Part shown: piece by piece, positions 39,785 to 50,008 of the stretch
Layout of the letters: every line of letters starts with the position of its first letter
How positions within the stretch are numbered: the stretch's first letter is position 1
Origin: Negativicutes bacterium
GTDB taxonomy: Bacteria; Bacillota; Negativicutes; JAAYSF01
NCBI GenBank assembly: GCA_028707635.1
Contig: JAQWAQ010000003.1
Location: 804-64,803 of the forward strand
Direction: 5' to 3'
Length of the DNA stretch: 64,000 nucleotides
Translations under genes and position numbers: made by a program
The notes under the pieces: generated by a model
Databases searched by the model: none
Seen by the model: only the letters and a program-made list of their open reading frames with translations
What the model was told of the DNA's origin: nothing

Positions 39785-39948
39785 TTATAGCCAGTTCTAG
39801 TAATGATGCTGCTAGAACAGCGAAGTGCATTTCATCTCCAGAAATGCTATACTCATAATGTATGGTGGCAAATACTGGGGTACTGACTTGTTTTGATCCA
39901 GACAGTCACTTTACTAACCTACACAAAAATTTTAAAGGAGTAAATATT

Positions 39949-40914
39949 TTGCCTAACGTGTCTATCATTGTACCAGCTTACAATGTTTCTCAGTACATTG
40001 AAAAAACGATAAACTCCATTCAGGAACAGACCTATGAAGACTGGGAGGTAATCGTTATAAATGATGGGTCATCTGATAATACCTCTGACGTCGTAAAAAA
40101 GCTAGCATTGTTAGATGAGCGTATAATTTTAGTGAATCAAAACCAAGCAGGCGTATCAGCAGCTCGAAATGCAGGTATACGTTTAGCTAAAGGAAAGGTA
40201 TTAACATTTTTAGATGGTGATGATCTATGGCGACCTTCATTTTTAAGCGAGATTTTAATAATTTATAATCAAGGAAACGACCTGGTTCTTTGTGATTTTC
40301 AACATTTATATCCAAACAATATAATTAAAGATCACCCGAGTATAAAAATATCAGATAGTATACTCCTAGCTACTCTTAACGAAAATCTTAATTTCCATAT
40401 TGGGGCGCTACTCGTAAATAAGGAAATAGTTGATAAGTATAAAATACGCTTTACCATTGAGCACAAAATTAGTGAAGATATAGAATTTGTTTTGAAATTG
40501 TTAACAGTTTGTAAGTGCAGTTATTTACAAAAGAAATTGATGCTATATCGAAAACAACGCCCAGGCTCTGCAACCGAAAAAGGTTGGGATTACCACACAA
40601 GGATCTCATCTGTTTGGGCAATGAAAAAAGTTTATCAATTCATTGAGCAAAACTATACTGACCCTAATAAAGAGTATATTCTCAACACTTGTAATAATAA
40701 GATCAGACTTTCTATGTTCAGATATCTCTGGAAACTAATTAGACATGGATACTATAAGAACACTATTGAGTTATTAAAAAATGAAAACTGGGATAAGGAA
40801 ATAAGCCTTATCAACAGAAAAAATTTAAACAATGCTGATAAATTGAGACATACTATAATTCTTAATGAAAATTTAATTTTATGGAAAATAATTTCTCTTT
40901 TCAAAAAGCCCTAA
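39949..40914 (+). CDS. GT2 glycosyltransferase
   Basis: VSIIVPAYN, INDGSSD, ARNAG, FLDGDD; TTG 39949 with RBS AAGGAG. Confidence 0.88.
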   Translation: MPNVSIIVPAYNVSQYIEKTINSIQEQTYEDWEVIVINDGSSDNTSDVVKKLALLDERIILVNQNQAGVSAARNAGIRLAKGKVLTFLDGDDLWRPSFLSEILIIYNQGNDLVLCDFQHLYPNNIIKDHPSIKISDSILLATLNENLNFHIGALLVNKEIVDKYKIRFTIEHKISEDIEFVLKLLTVCKCSYLQKKLMLYRKQRPGSATEKGWDYHTRISSVWAMKKVYQFIEQNYTDPNKEYILNTCNNKIRLSMFRYLWKLIRHGYYKNTIELLKNENWDKEISLINRKNLNNADKLRHTIILNENLILWKIISLFKKP

Positions 40915-40930
40915 ATGAGTATTAGGGGAC

Positions 40931-41887
40931 TTATCCTAAGTAACGCATCATACTCCAAATAAGCGGATTTTCGGTCTTAACTATGTTATATTTCATGCGA
41001 TCAACCATCTTTAATTCGCTAATTGCTAGATTACTTAAGTCTTTTTGAAAGTTTACATCACTTAGCAAATTGAATACATCATCTTTATTTCCAGCTTTAA
41101 ACATTTTCCAAAGTATACGGTAGCTATCATAGGCTATTCTTTTGTACAAGGACTGCAGAACTTCATCAATGTCTACACCTCTGTAATGATTCTTTATAAA
41201 GGCAATAACTCTATGATTTGCTGTGAGCACTTGAATATGTTTTCTCCAATTGAATGCCGAGTTACATGCTGATCCTTGACGCACTCTATATAACATCAAT
41301 TCTTTAGAAATCGCTTGAGCCTTTGTTACACTTAAGACTTTCATTATAAACTCGAGGTCTTCTCCCATGCTACAGCCTTCAGCGAAGGAAATCCCATATT
41401 TAGTCAAAATATCACGTTCAATGACAACCCCGCCGATATGGAGCCAAACAATCCCTTTTATATTCGCGAGGAGTATGTTGCCGCTCATATATTGAAATTT
41501 ATACTTTTTACGTTTATTGTTGTACAAGCGACTAAACCCGCAAAACACTATGCCTATACCCTCTTTTTTTGCATTGACAAGTTCTTCTAAAAAATTGGGT
41601 TCCCAAAGGTCGTCGCCATCTAAAAAAGAAATATACTCCCCATTAGCCAACGACATCCCCTTATTACGAGCACTAGCCACACCCTGATTACTTTGCTTTA
41701 CTAACCTAATTCGATTATCTAATGTCACCAGAGCCTCTACGATAGAACTAGTACGATCGGTTGAACCATCGTCTACTACGATAAGTTCCCAATCCTGATA
41801 TGTTTGTTGCCTAACAGAATTAATTGTTTCGGCAATATAAATATCGACATTGTAAACTGGCATAATTATTGAGATTAATTTATTCAT
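40931..41887 (-). CDS. GT2 glycosyltransferase
   Basis: ISIIMPVYN, VDDGSTD, ARNKG, FLDGDD. Confidence 0.9.
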   Translation of the reverse strand: MNKLISIIMPVYNVDIYIAETINSVRQQTYQDWELIVVDDGSTDRTSSIVEALVTLDNRIRLVKQSNQGVASARNKGMSLANGEYISFLDGDDLWEPNFLEELVNAKKEGIGIVFCGFSRLYNNKRKKYKFQYMSGNILLANIKGIVWLHIGGVVIERDILTKYGISFAEGCSMGEDLEFIMKVLSVTKAQAISKELMLYRVRQGSACNSAFNWRKHIQVLTANHRVIAFIKNHYRGVDIDEVLQSLYKRIAYDSYRILWKMFKAGNKDDVFNLLSDVNFQKDLSNLAISELKMVDRMKYNIVKTENPLIWSMMRYLG

Positions 41888-43131
41888 TTTAGATCAGCTC
41901 CTATACTAACCGAAGATTGAGGAACTTTACAATTAGAAAGCAATTCACCATAAGTTGCACTATACACTCCGCTGCATATATCCCAAGAATAATGTTGTAT
42001 TATATGGTCTCTACAGCTTTTTCTCATTGCTTTGAGTTTGATACTTTCTTCAGCTAAAACCGCTTGAATTTTTATTCTCAACCCTTTTGTACTGATATCA
42101 TAATTTAAAAACCCTGTTTCCCCATCCAATATAGACTCAGCGGCACCGCCGATTACATTACATAACACAGGGGTACCAACCGCAGCTGATTCCAATGCAA
42201 TTAGCGGGAATGCTTCCTCTCCAATCGAAGGGAGAACTGTCAAATCAGCAACTGCAAGTACATCAGACATCTTTTTATGTTCAATGAACCCCGTGAAAAC
42301 AACGGGGATTTTTATATTTCTCGATAGTTCCTCTAGCTTCTTAAGATACCTATTCTTCCTAGTTTCACCAAACCAACTTGAGCCGGTTAATAGCAACGTC
42401 CATCCTTCAGCAAGATCCCCCTGCAATGCTTCTAACAAGACATGAACTCCTTTTTGCTTGGTTAGTCTTCCAGCAAAAAGGAGTATTTTGCTATTTGTCG
42501 GAACACCTAACTCTTCTCGTATACCATCAGGAGGCATTGGCTTAAAGTGGTCAGTATCAACACCATTATAGAGTACCCTTAACTTCAGTTTTGCTTCTGG
42601 AAAGGCCGCAGCTATATCATCTACTATATACTTACTTACTCCGGCAATTATATCGGTGTTCTTTACAATATCATCCGCGAGACAACGATTCATTCTAACT
42701 AAATGTCGGTTATGCATATGAAGGATAATTTTAACATTGGGAAATCGTTGCTTAATAAATAAAACATATAATGGCGAATTATGAACATGTACAATATCTG
42801 GTTTCACATTGCCAATCTCTTCAAGCACACCGTTTATATATGGGCTTTTATAAAAAACACGCGGTAATTTGATAAATGGTACTTTAGCTAGTCTCAACGG
42901 AACTTTATCCCGTCGCAAAGAACACATTCGTGCAATGTGTCGATATTCGATCTCTTTTTCAACATGTACTAATGGCAACGAAGAATCCGCAGGGGAAATC
43001 ACCGTTATTGAGAAGCGGTCTTTTAAATAATTCGCTGCCTGATAAATAACAGACTCTACCGCACCACCTTTAACCGGAGGAACCGGTAATGATTCAGGAG
43101 CAATGAAAAGCACATTACTTTTACCATTCAT
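41884..43131 (-). CDS. GT4 glycosyltransferase
   Basis: GGAVE, YNGVD, FAGRL..QKG, EAFPLIALES. Confidence 0.88.
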   Translation of the reverse strand: MNGKSNVLFIAPESLPVPPVKGGAVESVIYQAANYLKDRFSITVISPADSSLPLVHVEKEIEYRHIARMCSLRRDKVPLRLAKVPFIKLPRVFYKSPYINGVLEEIGNVKPDIVHVHNSPLYVLFIKQRFPNVKIILHMHNRHLVRMNRCLADDIVKNTDIIAGVSKYIVDDIAAAFPEAKLKLRVLYNGVDTDHFKPMPPDGIREELGVPTNSKILLFAGRLTKQKGVHVLLEALQGDLAEGWTLLLTGSSWFGETRKNRYLKKLEELSRNIKIPVVFTGFIEHKKMSDVLAVADLTVLPSIGEEAFPLIALESAAVGTPVLCNVIGGAAESILDGETGFLNYDISTKGLRIKIQAVLAEESIKLKAMRKSCRDHIIQHYSWDICSGVYSATYGELLSNCKVPQSSVSIGADLK

Positions 43132-44240
43132 GATTGATCTTTCCTTGAGATTAATTTGTATAAGTTTTCCACTTTCATTCCAAGACTACTCAAAGTGAAC
43201 TTTCTTAAAGCGGTTTCCCTTCCACGTTGTCCCATATTGTTACTCAATGAACTATCTGATAATAGTTTAATAATATACTTAGCCAAATTCTCGGTATCAC
43301 TTGGCTCGATCATAAAGCCGTTTTCGCCATGTTCTATCATTTCAGGAACTCCTGCTATCCCTGTAGCTACAACAGGCTTTTCCATCAGCATTGCCTCAAT
43401 TAAATTGATAGGCAACCCCTCCATGTCAGATGGTCGAGTAACGATGTCCGATATAGCTATTAGTTCAGGTATGTCTTCCCGGTATCCGGTAAATATAAAA
43501 TAATCACAAAGTGCCTTTTCTTGTATTTGAGCCTTAAATTTAGCTTCATGCTCGCCACTGCCGACAAACAAAAACCTGACCTCTGGTATGTGCTTTATTA
43601 TATTTGGAGCAGCTTCTATAATATATTGGTGTCCTTTAGAAGAATATAGGCGAGCGATTAGGCTTACAACTTTATGATCCGCGCTTATTCCCAAACCTTC
43701 TCTTAATTTCCTTAGCTCTTCTCGGGAAAAATTACATGGATCATATCTATTTTCATCAACACCGTTCCAAATGGTGTGTACCCTATTAGCATCAAAACCA
43801 AATTCGGTAATAAAGCGTTGCCTGAGAAATTCGCTAACTGTAATAATGTGACTAAAAATGTTGCTGTGCATTTTTTTTAATAATGCTCTTTTCCAAGGAT
43901 CATGAATTGTTACAACGAATGGAATGCCTGTTTTCATCTTTATATATGCCCCAAAGTACCCAGCCGTTCTTTGATGAGCATGAACGATATCTATTTTTTG
44001 GTCTTGTACTATTTCACAAAGTTGTTTTCCTACTTTTAAGTATAGGAGCGGGTTAGTAGACCTAAAGTTAAATACCCACTGTTTTGAAACAAGCGCATCC
44101 AGTTGTTCAACCCTTTTATCTCCATGTGTAATGATAAAAACACTATGCCCCTTCGCTTTCATGGTGCGAATTAAGTCAGCAACATGTGTCTCTGCACCTC
44201 CAACCTTCCATGGTTGAGAAAAAAGAATTAATATATTCAA
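43128..44240 (-). CDS. GT4 glycosyltransferase
   Basis: GGAETH, WNGVD, ARL..SKG, EGLPINLIEAM. Confidence 0.9.
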   Translation of the reverse strand: MNILILFSQPWKVGGAETHVADLIRTMKAKGHSVFIITHGDKRVEQLDALVSKQWVFNFRSTNPLLYLKVGKQLCEIVQDQKIDIVHAHQRTAGYFGAYIKMKTGIPFVVTIHDPWKRALLKKMHSNIFSHIITVSEFLRQRFITEFGFDANRVHTIWNGVDENRYDPCNFSREELRKLREGLGISADHKVVSLIARLYSSKGHQYIIEAAPNIIKHIPEVRFLFVGSGEHEAKFKAQIQEKALCDYFIFTGYREDIPELIAISDIVTRPSDMEGLPINLIEAMLMEKPVVATGIAGVPEMIEHGENGFMIEPSDTENLAKYIIKLLSDSSLSNNMGQRGRETALRKFTLSSLGMKVENLYKLISRKDQS

Positions 44241-45280
44241 AACTCTGTCTCCTTAAAATTTGATATTAGTCGCTTCACTTCACTATAAACCATGCTAGGA
44301 TCAATGCCTTCTAAACATATATTATTTTTAGCACAACTTCTCTTCCAGCAGCCTCGACATTCCCAAGCCGTGATAAGCACCTTATGCCCGTCGCCGTATG
44401 GTCCATTGCGGTTGGGGTCGGTGGGGCCAAACAGGGCAATTACCGGAGTATTCACAGCTGCCGCCAGGTGCATCGGGCCAGTATCACCGCCGATGAAAGC
44501 TCGGGCTTGTTGTATTATATAAGCCAGTTCTTTAAGATTGGTCTTACCAATGAGGTCGACTGGCGGAATATTCGCTTCAGCAGCTATTTCATTATACAAT
44601 CGGTCATCTTTGGGCCCGCCTATAACAACAGGAATAATACCGTCATCAAATAGTTTGTCAACCAGCGCCGCAAAGTGGCTTGTCGGCCAGCATTTGTTCG
44701 GCCAGTTTGTGCCTGGGGCTAGTACTACATAAGGCTTAGTGATATCAATTCCGGCTTTATCTGTTATCGCTTTGGTTTTGGATGCTTCCTTTTCAGTGAC
44801 ATTTACTTCAAAGTAAGGCTTATCTATAATAACACCAAGATGACGGACAACGTCAAGGTATCTATCGACAACATGTCCTTTCGAATGCTCGCCATCAATT
44901 CTTTCGCTGACTAAATGACTTAATTCTCTAGCATTACAGTAGACAAGTTTTTTCTTGGCTCCGCTTAGCAACGCGATAGCTGCACTTTTGAATAAGCCTT
45001 GTAAATCGATAGATAAGTCAAATTTTCGTTTGTGAAGTTCGCAGGCCAATTTGGGGCCGTGTTTTAAAAATCCGCTAATAGATTTGAATTTCTTTTTTTC
45101 AAAAAGGATGATTTCATCGATATTGGGGTTGTTGGTTAGTAAATCATAGGCTGGCTTCTCCACTACCCAGGTAATGCGGGCTTGCGGATAGCAGGCTTTT
45201 AATGCTGATGCAACCGGCAAAGCGTGAATGACATCGCCGATGGCGCTGAGTTTTATAATAAGGATATTTTTATAGTTCAT
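44237..45280 (-). CDS. GT9 LPS heptosyltransferase (WaaC/WaaF-like)
   Basis: IKLSAIGDV, DLQGLFKS, GDTGPMHLA, LFGPTDP. Confidence 0.9.
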   Translation of the reverse strand: MNYKNILIIKLSAIGDVIHALPVASALKACYPQARITWVVEKPAYDLLTNNPNIDEIILFEKKKFKSISGFLKHGPKLACELHKRKFDLSIDLQGLFKSAAIALLSGAKKKLVYCNARELSHLVSERIDGEHSKGHVVDRYLDVVRHLGVIIDKPYFEVNVTEKEASKTKAITDKAGIDITKPYVVLAPGTNWPNKCWPTSHFAALVDKLFDDGIIPVVIGGPKDDRLYNEIAAEANIPPVDLIGKTNLKELAYIIQQARAFIGGDTGPMHLAAAVNTPVIALFGPTDPNRNGPYGDGHKVLITAWECRGCWKRSCAKNNICLEGIDPSMVYSEVKRLISNFKETEF

Positions 45281-45294
45281 AAATACCTCGAAGG

Positions 45295-45765
45295 CTAATT
45301 ATCATTTTGAATTTTCTTTATCACATTCGACGAAGACCGTCCCGGAACTTCGGGGATTAGTTTGATTCGTCCGCCGTATTGGGTGATGATTTTGGCTTCG
45401 GGAAGTTCTTCCACCTTATAGTCGCCGCCTTTTACGTAGATGTCGGGTTTAATTTCGGCGATAAGGCTTTCAGCTGTACGCTCACCAAAAAGTATTACAT
45501 AGTCTACACTTGACAGGGCTGCCAGAACTTCGGCTCGGTCGTCCTCATTGTTGATTGGTCTTGTTGGACCTTTAAGGCAGCGTACTGACTCATCGCTGTT
45601 CAAGCCGACAATAAGGCAGTCGCCCAGTTCCCTGGCAGCGGTTAGATAGCGTACATGTCCCACGTGCAAAATGTCAAAACAGCCGTTGGTAAAAACAAGT
45701 GTTTTACCCGCGGCTTTTATATTTAAGATAATCTGATTTAATTGGTTACGCTTTACGATTTTCAT
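45295..45765 (-). CDS. rfaE2: D-glycero-beta-D-manno-heptose 1-phosphate adenylyltransferase
   Basis: FTNGCFDILHVGH, GLNSD, KGGDY. Confidence 0.93.
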   Translation of the reverse strand: MKIVKRNQLNQIILNIKAAGKTLVFTNGCFDILHVGHVRYLTAARELGDCLIVGLNSDESVRCLKGPTRPINNEDDRAEVLAALSSVDYVILFGERTAESLIAEIKPDIYVKGGDYKVEELPEAKIITQYGGRIKLIPEVPGRSSSNVIKKIQNDN

Positions 45766-46756
45766 GATGTTCTCCTATCGCTTCGCGCAGTTCATCAGGC
45801 GTAGTAGTAGCAGTACCGGGCTTTTTGACAACGACTCCGGCGGCAAAGTTGGACAGCCTGGCGGCCTCACCGTAGCCAGCTCCAGCTGCCAGTGCTAAGA
45901 TCATGGCCGAAACGACGGTGTCACCGGCTCCTGTCACGTCATAAACTTCGCTTTTATTGGTTACCGGGATATGGGTGAATTTTTCGTCTGCTTCAAACAG
46001 GGTCATGCCATCCGGCCCTTGGGTAATTAGCACCGCCTCAGCATTAAGACGATCAAGCAAGGTTTTACCGGCATGAATCAGTGATTGGCTGTCAAGCGAC
46101 TCTAGCCCGACGGCAGCGGCGGCTTCAGACTCATTTTGCTTTACGACAGTCACACCTGTATACGCCATGACATTATATCGAGAATCAACAATGCAGGGAA
46201 TACTAGACTTACGGCACAAGTCAATTGCTGTGCGTAAGATTTTTGGAGATACAGAATGGCTGCCATAATCACTCAGGACTACGGCAGACATTCTAGGGAT
46301 ATTCTCTTCGATATATTTTAAAATTCGTAATTCTACTTCTGCTAATAACGGTTCCTTTTTCTCGCGGTCAATCCGGACAACTTGCTGACGAACTGTCGCT
46401 TGACCACCGGCCATAACACGGGTTTTGGTAATAGTAGGGCGGTTGGAATCCTCAATGAGTCCATGAGTATTGACACCCTTGCTATTTAAGACCCGTACCA
46501 GCTCCTGACCGGCAGAGTCTTGCCCAATCACGCCGACAGCGTAAACCTCCCCCCCTAATGTCGCTGTATTGTGGACAGCGTTAGCCGCACCGCCAGGCAC
46601 TACGTTTTCTGCCGAGTGCTCTAGGATGAGAACGGGTGCTTCCCGCGATATACGAGAGATTTTGCCTTCAAGATAAACATCAGCCACCATGTCGCCAATA
46701 ACCATGATTTTTTTACCCTGGGCTTTTTTAATAATGTTAATCAGATTGTTATGCAA
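45746..46756 (-). CDS. rfaE1: D-glycero-beta-D-manno-heptose 7-phosphate kinase (PfkB fold)
   Basis: RISREAPV, PGGAAN, DVTGAGDTV. Confidence 0.92.
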   Translation of the reverse strand: MHNNLINIIKKAQGKKIMVIGDMVADVYLEGKISRISREAPVLILEHSAENVVPGGAANAVHNTATLGGEVYAVGVIGQDSAGQELVRVLNSKGVNTHGLIEDSNRPTITKTRVMAGGQATVRQQVVRIDREKKEPLLAEVELRILKYIEENIPRMSAVVLSDYGSHSVSPKILRTAIDLCRKSSIPCIVDSRYNVMAYTGVTVVKQNESEAAAAVGLESLDSQSLIHAGKTLLDRLNAEAVLITQGPDGMTLFEADEKFTHIPVTNKSEVYDVTGAGDTVVSAMILALAAGAGYGEAARLSNFAAGVVVKKPGTATTTPDELREAIGEHHENRKA

Positions 46757-46771
46757 TCTTCAGTCCTCCAA

Positions 46772-48199
46772 TTACCATTTAACAGTGTCTATACTAACTT
46801 TTAATTGGTCTCGCTTCTCTCTGTAGGTAATTTCCAAATCCCAACAGTGTAGGTTGCGACGCCATGTATAGTCTTGGTCGTAAACAAGTTTGTTTTCCAG
46901 GTCATAGACTTGTGAAAAGACAATCGTATTTTGATGGTCAAATTTATATGATACACCATTTGTCCACTTCTTATTTACGTCTTCTTCATCAAAGTCAAAA
47001 ACATTGGATGTCTTTTGCGTATAACCATATCCAGTCCATGTAGTAAGCTTAGGTGACCAAGTCTTAGTAAGGCGAGCACCAGCACTCCACGAGTCCGCAC
47101 TATAGTCATTATAACTTTCGCGAAGATGCCGTAAACCAAAGCCCACATTAAGTTTTAAAGTATCACTCAGATCAATCGTATCATGACGGAAATTCAGTCG
47201 ATAGTCTTGATGCCAACTGGTCTTTCTAGCATCAGTCCACTTACCATAAATACCCATAAATGTATAGGTAATAGGCGAATTGCCAACCCGTTGTCGATGA
47301 AGATCAAACCTAAATTCAGGTTCCTTTTTGATCCACTCATCATCGCTATCCTGATAATTTCCGTAATTAATTCCTACGGAATACATTTTTTCTCTATCAA
47401 CAAGACCATACGCTGGTTTAAATCCAGCCGATGAAAAATAAGTTAAATCTGCATAGGCACTTGTATTGCCAGCAACAGGGACCTCCAGATATTGACTGAT
47501 ATAAGCACCATCACCACTATCATAACCTATTCGGGGAAACTCGCTTTGAGCCCCTTCTTTCAATGACTTTTGATATTTGCCCATAGAATAAATAACCGTA
47601 TTCTTAATCCAAAACTTCGCATTGTAAGCAATCATCTTATCACCAGGCCATATTTCAACCTTATCTGCGCTAACATGATAGTCAGGTACTTCGGCTGGGC
47701 AGACCGTCATAGTACCGTCGTTAATGATGATTTCACTGGTAGACACCATTTCAATATTACGACCGGTAACAAACTGTCTGTTGACCTTTCCTGAAGCCTG
47801 CTGCAAAGTACCGGTATTGTCTTTATAGTCATATTTCAAACCGCCGGAACCAATAAGATTAACACCTGGTTGTGTCATTGTTGCTTCGCTGTCTGTCCAA
47901 ACAAGACTTTCCTTAGTATTGCCATTGAGAAGATCTGTCGTTAATTTAACTTCATTTTGAGTGACTCGTACATTGCCTTTTACAAAGACTTGTCCCGTCA
48001 AATCGCTGAAGGAAAGTTCGTCCCCTTCAATTGTAATGGGTGCTTGCGGTTTTGCCGGTGTAGCGGATTCTACCGATGACGCGACTTCCTTTTTATTGTC
48101 AGTGGTCGCTTCTGTATCGGCTGCATAACCAGGCACGGCTGCACCAAAAACCATGATCAGTGCTAATAGGCCAAAGACAGCCTTTTTTGTGTCAAACAT
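46772..48199 (-). CDS. lptD: LPS-assembly outer-membrane protein LptD-like
   Basis: Signal peptide, OstA-like beta-jellyroll N-terminus, aromatic beta-strand C-terminus ending in W; position in the lpt cluster. Confidence 0.7.
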   Translation of the reverse strand: MFDTKKAVFGLLALIMVFGAAVPGYAADTEATTDNKKEVASSVESATPAKPQAPITIEGDELSFSDLTGQVFVKGNVRVTQNEVKLTTDLLNGNTKESLVWTDSEATMTQPGVNLIGSGGLKYDYKDNTGTLQQASGKVNRQFVTGRNIEMVSTSEIIINDGTMTVCPAEVPDYHVSADKVEIWPGDKMIAYNAKFWIKNTVIYSMGKYQKSLKEGAQSEFPRIGYDSGDGAYISQYLEVPVAGNTSAYADLTYFSSAGFKPAYGLVDREKMYSVGINYGNYQDSDDEWIKKEPEFRFDLHRQRVGNSPITYTFMGIYGKWTDARKTSWHQDYRLNFRHDTIDLSDTLKLNVGFGLRHLRESYNDYSADSWSAGARLTKTWSPKLTTWTGYGYTQKTSNVFDFDEEDVNKKWTNGVSYKFDHQNTIVFSQVYDLENKLVYDQDYTWRRNLHCWDLEITYREKRDQLKVSIDTVKW

Positions 48200-48279
48200 A
48201 ATTATCTCCTATCTATTCAGCAAGTAGGATATGGAAAATATATCTAAATACAATTAAAGTCTATCCGGTAATCTTAATT

Positions 48280-48308
48280 TTATTCTACAGAACCTGCACT
48301 TTTCCTGC
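48280..48308 (-). promoter_or_regulatory. sigma-H-type promoter upstream of lptD
   Basis: GCAGGA-N17-GAATAA. Confidence 0.6.
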
Positions 48309-48332
48309 AATTTTTTATCCGGGAAAATGTAG

Positions 48333-48357
48333 AAACGCCACCGATTAGGTGGCGTTT
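48333..48357. terminator. putative terminator
   Basis: AAACGCCACC-gatta-GGTGGCGTTT. Confidence 0.65.
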
Positions 48358-48390
48358 TGTCAGATAGTTCTATTGTTTAACGTATCTTGC

Positions 48391-49326
48391 CTAGTTCAAT
48401 ATGGCAGGTTCGCTTACCTGCAGACCAAATATCTCTGTATCGGCTTGTGTCTGGATATACATCTGGGCACCGACAGGGATCTCTACTTCCTGCCCATGAA
48501 TAAAGGCACCGCCAACTACGCCGATTGGACCTAAAATGATCATACCGGCAACTGTGGCACCGGCTGCTTTGGCAAGGGATTTGGTTTCTTCTTTAGCTTT
48601 ATCGCCAAGAACTGTATTGATCGTACTGCCATCAATGGCTTCAATGTTATCAAAGGAAATTTCAAGCTTAGCATCACGACCAAAATTCTTAGAACGCTCT
48701 ACTTTCGTGACCTTGCCCAGCCCCTGAGCGCCTTGAGGGATCACCAGATACCCATCCGAATAAACATCTTCAGCGGCCTGGAAGACGACAACATCACCCG
48801 GACGGGTGGTTTTCGTATTGAGCGGTGTCGCAATTTTAATTTTCACGAGTGTGTCTTTAAACACAGTAATATTAGTCAGATTCACTTGACCGTCAGTATA
48901 AGAAAGCTTCATCAGCTTATTAATGCGATCGTCAAACGAGTCTGTTTCGGCATTGCCGAGTAAAAGCCGTTCTAAATTTTCCAGCCTGGTCTTGGCCGGT
49001 TGTTCTGTAATATCATGGGTAAGCGCCCATTCAACGGCATTTAATTTAGTAATAAACGACGGAGCTAGGCTGGAATTTTCTTTGGTGTAGATATAGATCC
49101 GATCAAGTTTTGCCATTAAAGCATCTTGCGTTTCAACACCATAAATGTCTCTTTCCAGCTTAGAGGTACGGTCGATGAGTGAACCTGTCTGCTCACTGCC
49201 ATAGAATATTTTTTCGACTGCAATGATTTTATCCAGCAGAGTCATTTCTTGAACACTTTGTGCCGAAGCCAAAGTTGAAAATACGAATAGAATAAGCAGT
49301 ATACTTACGATAATCTTGCGTTGCAT
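48391..49326 (-). CDS. exported hypothetical protein (repeated helical N-terminus, beta-rich C-terminus)
   Basis: ATG 49326 with RBS AGGGAGG; signal peptide; repeated 'LERxxYG' helical units. Confidence 0.75.
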   Translation of the reverse strand: MQRKIIVSILLILFVFSTLASAQSVQEMTLLDKIIAVEKIFYGSEQTGSLIDRTSKLERDIYGVETQDALMAKLDRIYIYTKENSSLAPSFITKLNAVEWALTHDITEQPAKTRLENLERLLLGNAETDSFDDRINKLMKLSYTDGQVNLTNITVFKDTLVKIKIATPLNTKTTRPGDVVVFQAAEDVYSDGYLVIPQGAQGLGKVTKVERSKNFGRDAKLEISFDNIEAIDGSTINTVLGDKAKEETKSLAKAAGATVAGMIILGPIGVVGGAFIHGQEVEIPVGAQMYIQTQADTEIFGLQVSEPAILN

Positions 49327-49431
49327 GATAGACCCTCCCTTTTTTGCCTTTACACACATATTTCGCGAAAATGAAGAAATATCCTGCCAAAAGAATTGTA
49401 AAAGGCGACCATAACATATGGCCGCCTAAAA

Positions 49432-49866
49432 TTAAATTTTTACATCAATTTCCGCTGATACTCCCACACCTTGAACGCGGGAAAAATTGACAGGATTCTT
49501 GCTGTCGATCGGAATGAGCGCTTTGACCCGGAACTGCTTGCCATTGAAGTTTCCTTCAATCTGAAGCACTGACTCGGTTCGATCCACTAAATCTTGTGGA
49601 CCGGTAACCTGCGCAGCGCCTATGTAACCACCACTGCCGAGGGTGATAATAGGAACGACTTTGGTTGCATAATCAGTCCCTGCTCCATGCTTGAATGTCA
49701 GCGTGTTAATAAAATTATTTAACGGCCCGGAGAACTTGTCAACAACAAAGCCAATCCCGCCGACTTTTAGGATATCACCTAAGCTGAATGCCTGGGTCGC
49801 TGGAACGGCGGCAACGGATAGAAAACAAAGTACCAGAAGACCGGCGATAAACTTCTTCTTCATCAA
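49432..49866 (-). CDS. exported hypothetical protein (144 aa)
   Basis: RBS AGGAGG; AxA signal peptide. Confidence 0.8.
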   Translation of the reverse strand: MMKKKFIAGLLVLCFLSVAAVPATQAFSLGDILKVGGIGFVVDKFSGPLNNFINTLTFKHGAGTDYATKVVPIITLGSGGYIGAAQVTGPQDLVDRTESVLQIEGNFNGKQFRVKALIPIDSKNPVNFSRVQGVGVSAEIDVKI

Positions 49867-49896
49867 AACATCCTCCTTTTATATGACTCTATAGTC

Positions 49897-49925
49897 AATT
49901 CGTTGCAAACTATAGCAATTCCTGC
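49897..49925 (-). promoter_or_regulatory. sigma-H-type promoter
   Basis: GCAGGA-N18-GAATT. Confidence 0.55.
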
Positions 49926-49962
49926 CGAATTATAGATTTTTTAACAATACATTTAAATAAAA

Positions 49963-49999
49963 AGAAATCCCACCAAGACGATGTCTTGGTGGGATTTCT
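49963..49999 (-). terminator. intrinsic terminator after the porin gene
   Basis: 17-bp perfect stem AGAAATCCCACCAAGAC / GTCTTGGTGGGATTTCT plus T-run. Confidence 0.85.
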
Positions 50000-50008
50000 A
50001 TACTTCTG

